Positions 49,967-61,022 of a stretch of 64,000 nt of DNA are shown piece by piece. Location: NCBI GenBank assembly GCA_963784735.1, contig CAWASK010000013.1, positions 6,584 through 70,583 of the forward strand, read 5' to 3'. The position numbers and the translations under genes were made by a program. The notes beneath the pieces were generated by a model, which saw nothing but the letters and a program-made list of their open reading frames with translations, was not told the origin of the DNA and did no database searches. Source of the DNA: an uncultured delta proteobacterium. Lineage in GTDB: Bacteria > Desulfobacterota > Syntrophia > Syntrophales > UBA4778. The number at the start of each line of letters is the position of its first letter. The stretch's first letter is position 1.

Positions 49967-51317
49967 CTAACACAAGTTCTTTCCCATTAAAAGGGGAATT
50001 TTCCCCTCCTCTTGGATTTCTCCGGCCTTGGTCATGCGCTTCATCATTTTGCGCATCTCCGAATAGTCGTTCAAAAGCTTGTTCACATCCTGAACCGTGG
50101 TCCCGCTTCCCCTGGCTATCCTCTTTCTCCTCTGGCCGTCAATTATCAGGTGATTGCGCCTTTCCTCGACAGTCATCGAATCGATTATTGCAGCCGCCTT
50201 GACCAGCTCTTTTTCGTCCGGGTCCACGTCCTTGAGGGCCTTTATCTTGCCCAGTCCCGGTATCATGCCCAGGACATCCTTGAGAGGCCCCATTTTTTTG
50301 ATCTGTTTCATCTGATCGCGGAAGTCCTCAAGGGTAAAGGTATCCTTCCTGATCTTTTTCTCCAGCTCCCGGGCGGCCTTTTCGTCTATTACGCTCTGGG
50401 CCTTTTCAACAAGCGTCAGGATATCTCCCATCCCCAGGATCCTCGAAGCCATCCTTTCGGGGTGGAATACCTCCAGCGCGTCCGCTTTCTCCCCGATCCC
50501 GACAAACTTGATGGGTTTCCCGATCACGGCCTTGAGGGACAGGGCGGCCCCGCCCCTGGCATCGCCGTCCATTTTTGTCAGGATCACGCCATCGATCCCC
50601 AGCAGGTCATTGAATTTCTGGGCTACCGAAACCGCTTCCTGGCCCGTCATGGCATCGGCCACAAACAGGATCTCCGAAGGGTTGACGGCGTCTTTTATCC
50701 TTTTGAGTTCACCCATCATCTGTTCGTCAATATGGAGACGGCCCGCCGTGTCCAGCAGGACCGTATCAAATCCCCGGGAAGTCGCATCTTTGAGCGATTC
50801 GACGCAAATTTTCACGGCGTCTCTGGAATCGCCCGGATCATAGAAGCCTGCCCCGATCTCGCCCGCCAGCACCTTGAGCTGTTCGATAGCGGCAGGCCTG
50901 TAGACGTCCGCGGAAACAAGGCACACCCTCCTGTTGATTCCCATGAGGTAACGGGCCAGTTTCGCGGCGGTCGTCGTCTTTCCGCTGCCCTGGAGCCCGA
51001 CAAGCATTACCGGGGCGGGGAACCTGCTGCCAAGTTTGAGAAAACTGCTGTCGCCGCCCATGAGCTCGACAAGGCGGTCATGGACAATTTTCACAACCTG
51101 CTGGCCGGGAGTGATACTTTCCAGTATCTCCGTGCCCGACCGCCCGGCTTTTAATGTCCTCGGTGAAACTCTTGACGACCTTGAAATTCACGTCCGCCTC
51201 GAGAAGGGCCATCCGGATGTCCTTCATGGCCGCGGATATGCTCTCCTCGTCAAGCCGCCCCCTTCCCTTGAGCTTCTTGAATATGCTGTCGAGTTTTCCC
51301 GTTAGTGATTCAAACAT
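49967..51317 (-). CDS. ffh: signal recognition particle protein Ffh; one apparent frameshift near 51090
   Basis: N-terminal MFESLTGKLDSIFKKLKGRGRL, G domain LVGLQGSGKTTTAAKLA, DTAGRL and TKMDGDARGGAALS, and M domain FTLEDFRDQMKQIKKMGPL. Confidence 0.95.
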
Positions 51318-51330
51318 TTAAAAAAGCCTT

Positions 51331-52065
51331 TTATTTCGATTCCTTGTGTATCAAACACTTTGTCCCGGACACCTGCTTTTCCAGTTTGCCCAATACCTTC
51401 GAGGCCTCCTCCTGGCTGGCAAATCCGGCCAGCCGGAGCCTGTAGAGTTTCCCCTTGTCATTCTTGATGGCTTCAAATTGCGGCGAATAACCGAGCTTGA
51501 CAAGTTTTGCCTTCAAAGCCCTGGCTTTCGCCTCGTCCTTCAAGGCCGCCACCTGGATAAAATATCTGGGTGCAGCCTCCTGCCTGGCCTGGGCCTGGGG
51601 AGGCTTTGGCTCCTCAACCTTTTTTGCCGGGGGTTCCGTTTTTGCAGGCGCCGCGCTGGGAGGCGCGGTCTGAGGCTTCGGAGAAGGCTGCGGCGTGGCC
51701 TGGGCCGTTTTAGCGCCGGGCTGGGGGTTCTGGACAGCTTCCGGAGCGGGCCGGTTTTTCACCTCCACCAGATCTTCCTGGCCCTCCGGCTTTTTCAGGG
51801 ACTCATAAAAACCGAGTTTGAAACCGTCTTTGGATTCGGCCATTTCCCCCTTTTTTGCGAGGGGTTCCGGGGGCCTGCTCAATATTTTCCCTTTCAGCCC
51901 CGGTATGATCCCGACTATCTTGCCGGGATAGGTATCGATGTCCTTGCCCACTTTCACGCCGAAGGCGAAAACAACCAGCAAAGCGAGAGACATGCCGACG
52001 ATGAAAACTGTCAGCCCGAGTTTTCCAAGCCTCAACTCAAAATCTTTTACTTTGCGGGGCAGCAC
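51331..52065 (-). CDS. SPOR domain-containing protein
   Basis: N-terminal TM segment, Pro/Ala/Lys-rich linker, and the C-terminal SPOR-like YFIQVAALKDEAKARALKAKLVKLGYSPQFE...YRLRLAGFASQEEA. Confidence 0.7.
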   Translation of the reverse strand: MLPRKVKDFELRLGKLGLTVFIVGMSLALLVVFAFGVKVGKDIDTYPGKIVGIIPGLKGKILSRPPEPLAKKGEMAESKDGFKLGFYESLKKPEGQEDLVEVKNRPAPEAVQNPQPGAKTAQATPQPSPKPQTAPPSAAPAKTEPPAKKVEEPKPPQAQARQEAAPRYFIQVAALKDEAKARALKAKLVKLGYSPQFEAIKNDKGKLYRLRLAGFASQEEASKVLGKLEKQVSGTKCLIHKESK

Positions 52066-52070
52066 GGCAC

Positions 52071-53730
52071 CTACATTTTTTCAGGGGCGGACACGCCTAA
52101 AAGGCCCAGAGCGTTTTTTAACACTATGCCAATGGTTTTTGCCAGGAAGAGCCGGGCGCGGCTCAATTCCGCGTCCTCGGAGATGACACGGTGCTTATTA
52201 TAATAACTGTGAAATACCGAGGCAAGCTCATTAAGGTAAAAAGTAAACCGGTGCGGCTCGAGGCTCCTGGCGCTGCCCTCGACAATGTCAGGGTACCGGC
52301 TCAGATGCTTGATGAGCGCAACCTCTTCCGGAAGGCTCAGCCTTTTGAGGTCCACATCGGCAAATGCCGGGACGGCAAATTCCTTTTCCGCCGCGTTCCG
52401 CATTATGCTGCAGATACGGGCGTGAGCATACTGGACATAATAAACCGGGTTTTCGTTGGACTGCTTTTTCGCCAGTTCAAGGTCGAAATCCAGGTGGCTG
52501 TCCGACCTGCGCATCAGGAAATTGTATCGCGCCGCGTCCCTGCCGACTTCGTCGACGACCTCCCTCAAGGTGACAAACTCGCCCGACCGGGTCGACATTG
52601 CCACCGGCGTGCCCTCTCTTAACAGGTTCACAAGCTGGACAAGGATAATCTTGAGTGACTCCTTGCTGTACCCGAAGGCCTGGACACCCGCGTGCATCCT
52701 CGGGATGTACCCGTGGTGGTCCGCCCCCCATACATCTATGATTTCCTCGAATCCCCTCTCGTATTTTTTCTTGTGATAGGCAAGGTCCGAGGCGAAATAC
52801 GTGGGCTCGCCGTTTTCCCTCACGACCACCCTGTCCTTTTCGTCGCCGTATTTCGTCGTCCGGAACCACAAGGTTTTTCCGTCGCTGTAGATGAAATCTT
52901 TCTCCTGCAATTCCCCGAGGACTTTCTGAAGACCGTCATTCACGTACAGTTCGCTCTCCGGGAAATAATCGTCGAAAGAAACGCCGAGGGCGCCGAGGTC
53001 ATCCTTGATGCCTTCCATTATCGAGCCCGCCGCAAACTCCGTGCAGACCTTGACGGCATCCGGGTTGTCGACCAGGCCTTTGCCTTGAATAGCCAGCAAT
53101 TCCCGGGCAAGGTCCCTGATGTAGTCGCCCCTGTAATACTCGGCGGGAAATTCGATTTCCTCACCCAGCAGCTCCCGGCAGCGCAGCAAAACGGATTTGC
53201 CAAGGGTATTCATCTGGTTTCCCACGTTGTTGACGTAATACTCACGGAACACCGAATAGCCCGCATGCCCGCAAAATGCCTGCTACCACGTCGCCGATCA
53301 CCGCACCCCTGGCATGGCCGATGTGCAGGGGGCCGGTCGGGTTGGCGCTGACAAACTCGACCTGGACCTTTTTCTTCCGGCCCATTGCCGATTTCCCGTA
53401 ATCTTCCCCAGCCTGGTCGATGGCCTGGAGGGAGCGCGCCCAGAATTCCGGCTTGACGAAGAAATTGATGAACCCGGGGCCGGCGATTTCGATCTTTTCA
53501 ATCATCCCCTCGGGGTCCTGAATATTTGCCGCGATGTCTTCGGCTATCTTGCGCGGCTTCGTTTTCAGCCGGGAGGCAAGCATCATGGCCGCATTTGACG
53601 CATAATCCCCAAACGAGGGGTCTTTCGTCATTTCAAGTTCCAGCTCCGGGGTTTTGTCCAGCGCAAACTGCCCTTTGTCAATTCCGGCCTGAATCGCGCC
53701 GCCGATGATTTTCAGAATCCTGTTTCTCAT
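52071..53730 (-). CDS. argS: arginine-tRNA ligase; one apparent frameshift near 53250
   Basis: N-terminal [32 protein letters not shown] (HIGH motif), [19 protein letters not shown] (KMSKS-like) and a DALR C-terminus. Confidence 0.95.
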
Positions 53731-53907
53731 GATTTTTTCTTCCAGCTTGAATAAATAAAAAAAGTTGGTCCACGGTCTGAACAGGCCAACTCTCTAAAAT
53801 GACTATCGGTGAGTTACTTAACTCGGGGTTTTCGGACGGGTAAACTAGCTTTATCTCCCTATTTTGTCAAGATAATTCAGGTTCAGGCAGATTGACGGAA
53901 ATGCCCG

Positions 53908-54673
53908 TCACCAGAAGAGAAAATTGGTCAAAATATGCCCGTAAAAAATGTAGGCAAAGGCTGCTATGGAAAGAAAGGGCCCGAACGGGATGGCGAATTT
54001 CCAGTCCGCGCCTTTGAACGCCATGAAGACGATCCCGACGAGGGCCCCGAGGAAGGAGCTCACGAGCAGAATAAAAAGCAGCGATTCCCATCCTAAAAAC
54101 GCGCCCATCATAGCCAGGAGCTTTATATCGCCTCCGCCCATCCCCTCCCTGCCGGTGATAAACTCATATGAAAAAGCAATCAGGAAAAGCGTACCTCCGC
54201 CAACCAGGATCCCTATCAGGGAGTCCTTCCAGGTAAGCCCCATGAAAAAAACCGCGGCGAGCATGAACAGCGGTATCCCGGGAAGGCTGATTACATCCGG
54301 GATGATCTGGTGGTCCAGATCGATAAATGTTATCGCAATGAGGGCCGCCGCGAATGCGAATGAACAGACAAATTTCATCGTCGGGCCGAATTTAAGGAAC
54401 AAGATGACTGGATATCGCCGCGGTGAGGGCCTCCACAAGGGCGTAGCGCGGCGAAAACTTCACCCCGCAGTCCCGGCACTTACCCTTCAGGATGAAATAG
54501 CTCACAATGGGGATGTTGTCGTAAGGCCGGATCGGGGTCTTGCAATGCGGGCACCGGGAGAGAGGGCTCACGATGGACTCTTCCGCGGGGACCCTGTAGA
54601 TCACGACATTGAGAAAACTTCCTATGCATGCGCCTAAAACGCCTGCGGCAATCGTTAAAAAGATGTTCTCCAA
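53908..54673 (-). CDS. pilD: prepilin peptidase (A24 family, PilD-like); one apparent frameshift
   Basis: N-terminal GSFLNVVIYRVP..SRCPHCKTPIRPYDNIPIVSY..GKCRDCG. C-terminal FIDLDHQIIPD and GMGGGDIKLLAMMGAFLG, carrying both catalytic Asp motifs. Confidence 0.85.
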
Positions 54674-54677
54674 CTGA

Positions 54678-55133
54678 TCAGCCGTCCCTCCTGTCCCAGT
54701 TGTACGGGATATCGCTCGTGTGGGGGTCGACCCGGAACTCGTCAGGCTCCTGGTAATCGTATTTTTCGGTGGTGGTGTTGATCACAATCGCCTCTTCAGC
54801 GGAAACACATTTAAAGCCATGGAACACCAGGGGCGGTATGTGCACCAATATCGGGTTGTGCTCCCCGGCGAAGAGCTCGTTCACCTCTCCCTTCGTCGGC
54901 GAGTCATCGCGGGAGTCGTACAGGACTATCTTCATCATCCCCTTGACGACAGCCATATTGTCCGACTGTTTCTTGTGGTAATGCCAGCCCTTGACCACGC
55001 CGGGGTATGCCGTTGTCATGTAGACCTGGCCGAACCGGCTGAACATCTCGTCGTCGCTCCTCAGGATTTCCATCAGCCTGCCGCGCTCATCGGGGATCAC
55101 CCGCAGTTTTTTGACCAGAACACCCTTTATCAT
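54678..55133 (-). CDS. dTDP-4-dehydrorhamnose 3,5-epimerase-like cupin protein
   Basis: IPDERGRLMEILRSDDEMF..FGQVYMTTAYPGVVKGWHYHKKQSDNMAVVKG..GFKCV. Start chosen at MIKGV. Confidence 0.7.
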   Translation of the reverse strand: MIKGVLVKKLRVIPDERGRLMEILRSDDEMFSRFGQVYMTTAYPGVVKGWHYHKKQSDNMAVVKGMMKIVLYDSRDDSPTKGEVNELFAGEHNPILVHIPPLVFHGFKCVSAEEAIVINTTTEKYDYQEPDEFRVDPHTSDIPYNWDRRDG

Positions 55134-55291
55134 AAGTGCCACCGCCTTCGGGATGATGATTTTATCTTGCCTGTCCGCGCTAAAAAGTGAGCATTTATAG
55201 CATATTGAAATCGGGCAGCACAATCTAATCCTTGAGAAGACGGCACCCATGTAGTATAGCGGTCTCACATCGAAATCATCGCGGGTATCCA

Positions 55292-56386
55292 GTGAAAAAC
55301 AATGATGAAACATTCATGAAGAGGGCCATATCCCTGGCAAGGAGAGGCGCCGGCCTGGTCAGCCCCAACCCCATGGTGGGGTGCGTGATTGTCAGGTCGG
55401 GGAAGATAATCGGCGAAGGCTGGCATAAGAAGTTCGGGGCAAACCACGCCGAAATAAACGCCATTGAAAATGCCTCGGGGCCGGTGAAGGGCGCAACGCT
55501 TTACGTTACCCTGGAACCATGTTCCCACCATGGGAAGACCCCTCCATGCGTGGAGCGCATTATCAAGGAGGGCCTCGCGAAAGTGGTGATAGGGGCCGGC
55601 GACCCCAATCCCCTCGTCTCGGGCAGGGGCATCAAGGCATTGGAAAAAAGCGGCGTAAGGACCAGTGTCGGGGTACTGGAGCGCGAGTGTGAGGAACTCA
55701 ATGAAAAATTCTTCAAATATATGCGCTCCGGCATGCCTTTCGTGACGCTGAAAATTGCGCAGAGCCTTGACGGGAGGATAGCCGCCTCGACGGGCGATTC
55801 CCGCTGGATCAGCTCGCCGGATTCCCGGAAAATGGCCCACAGGGAAAGGGGCCTTCACGATGCGGTGATGGTGGGGATCGGGACGGTAATTCAGGATGAC
55901 CCGGAGCTCACGGTAAGGCTTGTAAGGGGCCGCAACCCCCTCAGGGTAGTCCTCGATTCAGGGCTTCGGGTACCGCTCGGTGCCAGGCTGCTGGACCAAA
56001 GTGCGGCAAAAACGCTCGTAGCCTGTTCGAGGAGGTACGACAAGGTCAAGTTCGCCAAACTCCGGGCCATGGGTGTCGAGGTTATCGTGTCGGGAAACGA
56101 AACCGTCGATCCCGTCAAGCTGCTCAGGGTCCTCGCGGCAAGAAATATCTCATCCGTCCTCGTTGAAGGTGGAGCCGGGCTCTACACTGCGTTCCTCAGG
56201 GCAAACCTGGCCGACCGGGTATTGGCCTTTGTCGCACCGAAAATAATAGGTAAAGGCATTGAGGCATTCGGTGAGCTGGGCACCCTGAAAATCGAAAATT
56301 CGCGGATGCTGGAAATACGGAAGCTGATGCGGCGAGGGCCCGATATAGTGGTTGACGCCAGGGTAATGAAGTCAGAGGGCAAGTGA
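55292..56386 (+). CDS. ribD: bifunctional riboflavin biosynthesis protein RibD (deaminase/reductase)
   Basis: DETFMKRAISLARRG, NPMVGCVIV, HAEINAI and TLEPCSHHGKTPPC (CDA zinc motif), then the reductase domain TLKIAQSLDGRIA. GTG start is assumed. Confidence 0.9.
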   Translation: MKNNDETFMKRAISLARRGAGLVSPNPMVGCVIVRSGKIIGEGWHKKFGANHAEINAIENASGPVKGATLYVTLEPCSHHGKTPPCVERIIKEGLAKVVIGAGDPNPLVSGRGIKALEKSGVRTSVGVLERECEELNEKFFKYMRSGMPFVTLKIAQSLDGRIAASTGDSRWISSPDSRKMAHRERGLHDAVMVGIGTVIQDDPELTVRLVRGRNPLRVVLDSGLRVPLGARLLDQSAAKTLVACSRRYDKVKFAKLRAMGVEVIVSGNETVDPVKLLRVLAARNISSVLVEGGAGLYTAFLRANLADRVLAFVAPKIIGKGIEAFGELGTLKIENSRMLEIRKLMRRGPDIVVDARVMKSEGK

Positions 56387-57970
56387 ATCCAGGAGAGCCT
56401 CGGCCGCCCTCATCCCGTCAACAGCGGAACTCATGATGCCGCCGGCGTACCCCGCACCCTCCCCGCACGGGTACAACCCTTTCAGGCTTATGCTCCGCAG
56501 GTCATCGCCTCTCAGGATGCGCACGGGCGAAGATGTCCTTGTCTCGACGCCGATCATGAGGGCCTCGCCGGAAACGTAGCCCGGCATCCTCCTGTCGAAT
56601 TCGAGAAAACCCCTCCTCAGCGTCTTGGTGATATAACCCGGGAGCGCTTCCTCGAGCCGGGCCGGGGTGATTCCCGGCCGATAGGTGCTGAAAAGCCCGC
56701 CCCCTGCGCCCTTGTCCCCGAGAAAATCCTGGAGTTTCTGGGCCGGGGCAAAAAAGTTGTTCCCGCCCAGGGAAAATGCCTTTTTTTCCCAGAAACTGCG
56801 GAAATGAAGGCCTCGCAACGGGGATGTCCCGGCCAGGTCCTCGACCCCGACATTGACCACGACCGCACTGTTCGCATACCTGCCGCTGCGTTTATAAGAG
56901 CTCATGCCGTTTGTCACCGTTTCGCCCTCATTGGAACTGCAGCAGACGACTTCCCCTCCGGGACACATGCAGAATGTGTAAGCGGATCTCCCCGTTTCCG
57001 GGATTTTGACTGCCAGCGTATACTCGGCGGGAGGCAGGGCGGGGTCCTGCCACCACTTTCCATACTGAACCTGATCAATCAACTCCTGGGGATGCTCGAC
57101 CCGGGCGCCGATGGCGAAAGCCTTGGGGGCAAGGCTTACCCCGGCCTCATGGAGCATTGTGTAAGTATCCGGCGCCCCCAGGCCGATTGCCAGGATCAAG
57201 TGGCGGGTCCTGATTTCACTGTCACCGTTAACTATAACACCCTCGAGGGAGCCGCCATGGACGACAATGCCGGTCACTTTTGCCCCGAACCTTACCTCAC
57301 AGCCGAGCCTCTGCAGCTCGCGGCGAAAATTCTCGACCACCACCCGCAGCTTATCGGTGCCGATGTGCGGCTTTGCCTCTGTAACTATCTCGCCAGGGGC
57401 ACCCATATCCACAAGCACTTCCTTGACAAAGCCGACCCGCGGATTTTTTATCCGGGTCGTAAGTTTCCCGTCGGAAAAAGTGCCGGCCCCGCCCTCGCCA
57501 AAGTGGATGTTGCTCTCCGGGTTGAATTTTCCGCCCGCGCGAAATTCCCCGACATCCCTGAGGCGTTCCCGGACCTGCTTCCCCCGCTCCAGCAAAAGGC
57601 ACGGGAGCCCTGCCCTCGCAAGGCTCAGGGCGGCAAAAAGACCGGCGGGCCCCGATCCGACCACAACAGGGGCCAGGGGCGGCCTGGCGAATGCAGGGGG
57701 CGCCTTGATCGTGTCCTGCCCGGGAGCCGATCTGATTTTCCATCCGCACCGCTGCAGGGCCTCGCCTTTCAACTGGTCTTCCCGGGGAAATGATATTTCG
57801 ACAGTGTAAATCCACTTGGGCGGCCTGCTGCGCCGGGCATCGAGAGATTTGCGGATGATCCTGAACGAAGATATCTCTCCGGGCCCGATATCGAGCCCGG
57901 CGGCGATTTTCAGCCTTAAAGAGTCTTCCGATTCTTGCAGGGACAGCTCTATCCCCGATATCTCCAGCAT
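56372..57970 (-). CDS. FAD-dependent oxidoreductase (COG2509-like uncharacterised FAD-dependent dehydrogenase)
   Basis: 532 aa with dinucleotide-binding VVVGSGPAGLFAALSLARAG, GGAGTFSDGKL and C-terminal CGEGAGYAGGIMSSAVDG. Confidence 0.7.
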   Translation of the reverse strand: MLEISGIELSLQESEDSLRLKIAAGLDIGPGEISSFRIIRKSLDARRSRPPKWIYTVEISFPREDQLKGEALQRCGWKIRSAPGQDTIKAPPAFARPPLAPVVVGSGPAGLFAALSLARAGLPCLLLERGKQVRERLRDVGEFRAGGKFNPESNIHFGEGGAGTFSDGKLTTRIKNPRVGFVKEVLVDMGAPGEIVTEAKPHIGTDKLRVVVENFRRELQRLGCEVRFGAKVTGIVVHGGSLEGVIVNGDSEIRTRHLILAIGLGAPDTYTMLHEAGVSLAPKAFAIGARVEHPQELIDQVQYGKWWQDPALPPAEYTLAVKIPETGRSAYTFCMCPGGEVVCCSSNEGETVTNGMSSYKRSGRYANSAVVVNVGVEDLAGTSPLRGLHFRSFWEKKAFSLGGNNFFAPAQKLQDFLGDKGAGGGLFSTYRPGITPARLEEALPGYITKTLRRGFLEFDRRMPGYVSGEALMIGVETRTSSPVRILRGDDLRSISLKGLYPCGEGAGYAGGIMSSAVDGMRAAEALLDSLAL

Positions 57971-58052
57971 CTCACTCTCCGGGAAAGTTTCGATTGAAAA
58001 TTATTTTCCGCGCATGTATTACCATCCGGTCATAAGGAGAGACAAGAGGAAT

Positions 58053-58556
58053 ATGCCCTGGTTTGCCGTACACACCAAGAGCAGGCACGAAGACATTGTT
58101 TACAGGGGCCTGGAGCAGAAATCGATTGCTGCCTTCCTCCCCAAGCTTGAGGTCTGGAGCAGGCGCAAGGACAGGAAGAAAAAAATCCGGGTGCCCATGT
58201 TCACGGGCTATCTCTTTGTGGACATCCCGTCTGCGGACAACCAGTCCAGGCTGAATGTCCTGACGACGCCCGGCGTGGTGAGGATGCTGGGCAAATCCCC
58301 GGGAGGCCAGCCAATCCCGATCCCCCCGGAACAGGTTGACGCCATCCGGCGCCTTGTTGAATCCAAAATTGAGATGCAGAGGATAACATACCCGGATGTC
58401 GGCGAATACGCCCGGATCACTGACGGCCCGTTCAAGGGCATCGAGGGGAAAGTCCTCAGCACGGATTTGAAAAAAGAGGTTTTTGTCGTCTCCATAGACC
58501 TTCTGCAGCGTTCGGTCGCCATCCAGATCGAGGGTTTCAAACTCGAAAAGATCTGA
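58053..58556 (+). CDS. NusG-family paralog (UpxY/RfaH/LoaP-like transcription antiterminator)
   Basis: 167 aa. NGN domain MPWFAVHTKSRHEDIVYRGLEQKSIAAFLP..PMFTGYLFV and KOW motif GEYARITDGPFKGIEGKV. Confidence 0.7.
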   Translation: MPWFAVHTKSRHEDIVYRGLEQKSIAAFLPKLEVWSRRKDRKKKIRVPMFTGYLFVDIPSADNQSRLNVLTTPGVVRMLGKSPGGQPIPIPPEQVDAIRRLVESKIEMQRITYPDVGEYARITDGPFKGIEGKVLSTDLKKEVFVVSIDLLQRSVAIQIEGFKLEKI

Positions 58557-58557
58557 A

Positions 58558-59562
58558 TCAGGCCGTGCCTCCCCTGAAGGCCTCGAGCGCTTCCCTCTCC
58601 AGCATTTCCCTGTCGTTCTGGTATTTTGGGGAAAAATGGAAGATGTTGATCCTTTTCACGCCGGCAAGCCTCGCCAGTTCCCCCGCCTGCCGCGCCGTCA
58701 GGTGGTACTTCTCCCGGGCCCTCTGCGAGTCGCTGTCGGAAAAGGTCGCTTCAATGAACAGGATTTCCGACCCCTTGACAAAATCGACTATCCGCCGGCA
58801 GTTCTCCTCGCTGTAAAGGACGTCCGTTACATAGGAAATCTTTTCGCCCGGGCTGATTATTACCAGTTTCTCTTTCAATTCGCCCATGGGCAGCTCCTTT
58901 TCAATTTCCGTTCCCCCGTGCCGGGAATAAACGCGGAAAAGCTGATCGTCCGGCTCCTGCCGCAATACCTGCCGCTTGAATTCGAGGAGCCATTTCCCGG
59001 CCGGCAGACCCATTTCCATGAGCCCCGTTTTTTTTATGTTCACCCGGTCTTTCTCCTCCAGTTTGAAGGCGAAGCAGGGGATCTTGTGGTCCAGGTGGAT
59101 TGCCTTTACCCGGTAAAATTCCCTTTCAATCAGCGTCCCGTCCCGAAATTCATGCTCCCCGATGAATTCCCGCCGGAAGCCCTGTTGCAGGCTGTGCCTG
59201 TATGCTGCAATTTTATTTTCATGAACTTCGTTGATATACAGGTTCAGATTGTTCGTGTAGTTCTCGATCAGGTTCCACGTATAGGAGCCTATCTTCCCGT
59301 TTACATTCTCGCTGAATCCCGGGGGGCCGAAGAAGTCAATGTCCTTCTCCCTTCCCAGGAAGACCCTCAGCAGATGGTCGAACCCGATAAAATGGTCCAT
59401 GTGGGTGTGGGAGACGAAAGCCGAATTGATCTTGAGCAGCTTGCGGGGCGGCAGCCCGTGGATGTCGCCGAGGTCGAAGAGGATCGCCTCCCCGCGGTAG
59501 AGGAATTCCACATAGGCCCCCGGGTCGCCGAAAGGGTCATTCACCAGGGCTGCGCTGATCAT
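58558..59562 (-). CDS. MBL-fold metallo-hydrolase (RNase Z/BN-like)
   Basis: 334 aa with VSHTHMDHFIGFDHLL (HxHxDH motif) and the C-terminal HLTARQAGELA..INIFHFSPKY typical of the RNase Z-like subgroup. Confidence 0.7.
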   Translation of the reverse strand: MISAALVNDPFGDPGAYVEFLYRGEAILFDLGDIHGLPPRKLLKINSAFVSHTHMDHFIGFDHLLRVFLGREKDIDFFGPPGFSENVNGKIGSYTWNLIENYTNNLNLYINEVHENKIAAYRHSLQQGFRREFIGEHEFRDGTLIEREFYRVKAIHLDHKIPCFAFKLEEKDRVNIKKTGLMEMGLPAGKWLLEFKRQVLRQEPDDQLFRVYSRHGGTEIEKELPMGELKEKLVIISPGEKISYVTDVLYSEENCRRIVDFVKGSEILFIEATFSDSDSQRAREKYHLTARQAGELARLAGVKRINIFHFSPKYQNDREMLEREALEAFRGGTA

Positions 59563-59727
59563 CTCCGACCTTCTTTCCCCACTGGTTGATTGGTGATTTA
59601 AAACTAAATCCCGGGAGGGAAATTTTCAATCTGATTTTAAAAACCCTTATGATTTCCACTTTGTCTGCAGAAAGTGGTTGACATTGCCGTCCGTTTTAGC
59701 TAAGTCGAAACACAATTTTTCTCTAAG

Positions 59728-59946
59728 TTGGGTATTTTGAAAGCATACATTGAAATCAACAGGGAGCTTTGCAAAGAGTGCCTTCTTTGCGTCGGCGTCT
59801 GCAAGAAATCTCTGATCTCCACATCCAAGGAATACAATTCAAAAGGCTATCACCCCGTTTGCTTCGGGAATACAGGGGAATGCACCGGCTGCACGCTGTG
59901 CGCCATTATGTGCCCTGAAGTGGCCATTGAGGTCTACCGTGAATAA
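59728..59946 (+). CDS. 2-oxoacid:ferredoxin oxidoreductase delta subunit (2x[4Fe-4S] ferredoxin)
   Basis: 72 aa with CKECLLCVGVC and CTGCTLCAIMCP. TTG start. Its stop overlaps the alpha-subunit start. Confidence 0.7.
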   Translation: MGILKAYIEINRELCKECLLCVGVCKKSLISTSKEYNSKGYHPVCFGNTGECTGCTLCAIMCPEVAIEVYRE

Positions 59947-61015
59947 GGTCCTCATCCAGGGGAACAGGGTCATCGGGGAAGCGGCAATCAGGGCCGGCTG
60001 CCGTTTTTACGCGGGATATCCCATCACCCCCCAAAATGAATTAACGGAATACATGTCCGAGAACCTTCGCAAGGTGGAAGGCGGGACATTCATCCAGGGC
60101 GAGAGCGAGATCGCATCTATCAATATGGTCCTCGGGGCCGCCGCCGCCGGGGCGAGGGCCATGACCTCATCTTCCAGCCCCGGGATTTCCCTGAAACAGG
60201 AGGGCATATCGGCGCTGGCGGCGGACGAACTTCCGGCCCTCATTGTGAACATTATGCGCGGGGGGCCCGGGCTTGGCAATATCCTTCCCTCCCAGGGGGA
60301 TTATTTCCAGGCGACCAAAGGCGGAGGCCATGGCGACTACAAGGTGATCGTGCTGGCGCCCGCTTCGGTGCAGGAGCTTGCCGACCTCACGATGGACGGC
60401 TTTGATCTCGCCGACAAGTACCGCAACCCGGTGATGATCCTGGCCGACGGGATGATCGGCCAGATGATGGAGCCGGTCGTTTTCAAGGAACCGAAGCCCC
60501 GGAAATACAATGAATGCTACAAACTCAACGGGGCCGGCACCGGCAGATGCCGCCTGATCAGGGGGCTTATCCTGGACGCGCTGGAAATGGAAGAGCACAA
60601 CTGGAAGCTTTACCGGAAATATCAGCTCATCATCCGGAAAGAGGTCCGCTGCGAATCATACATGACCGAAGATGCCGACCTGGTCGTGGTGGCTTACGGC
60701 ACCGCGGCCCGGGTCGCCAAGGGCGCCATAAAGAGGTCGCGCGAACAGGGCCACAAAGTCGGCCTGATCCGGCCGATAACTCTCTGGCCTTTTCCATACG
60801 AGATCCTGAAAGAGGCTTCCAGGAAAGTCGAAAACTTCCTTGTTTTTGAAATGAGCACCGGCCAGATGCTGGAAGACGTGAAGCTTGCCCTTGAAGGTTC
60901 CCGGAAAATAAACTTTTACGGCAGGCCGGGAGGAGTCGTCCCAACCCCCGCTGAATTCGCCAAAATAATAGCCCAGCAGTTCAAAGACAATAATATCGAA
61001 CCGGAACCAGTATAG
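59939..61015 (+). CDS. 2-oxoacid:ferredoxin oxidoreductase alpha subunit (KOR/VOR type)
   Basis: [54 protein letters not shown] and LWPFP. Confidence 0.85.
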   Translation: MNKVLIQGNRVIGEAAIRAGCRFYAGYPITPQNELTEYMSENLRKVEGGTFIQGESEIASINMVLGAAAAGARAMTSSSSPGISLKQEGISALAADELPALIVNIMRGGPGLGNILPSQGDYFQATKGGGHGDYKVIVLAPASVQELADLTMDGFDLADKYRNPVMILADGMIGQMMEPVVFKEPKPRKYNECYKLNGAGTGRCRLIRGLILDALEMEEHNWKLYRKYQLIIRKEVRCESYMTEDADLVVVAYGTAARVAKGAIKRSREQGHKVGLIRPITLWPFPYEILKEASRKVENFLVFEMSTGQMLEDVKLALEGSRKINFYGRPGGVVPTPAEFAKIIAQQFKDNNIEPEPV

Positions 61016-61022
61016 GAAAAAT

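Noticed and set aside
55134-55291. I looked for an FMN riboswitch or other leader element upstream of ribD.
   Set aside because: No match to the conserved FMN-element core sequences could be seen by eye. The region is a short divergent promoter region. A covariance-model scan would be needed to exclude a divergent element.
59678-59706. A possible sigma70 promoter for the oxidoreductase operon (TTGACA-17nt-TAAGTC), preceded by the hairpin CCACTTT..AAAGTGG.
   Set aside because: The -35 is perfect, but the -10 lacks the invariant final T and matches only 3 of 6 positions. It is too weak to report as a feature without TSS data.
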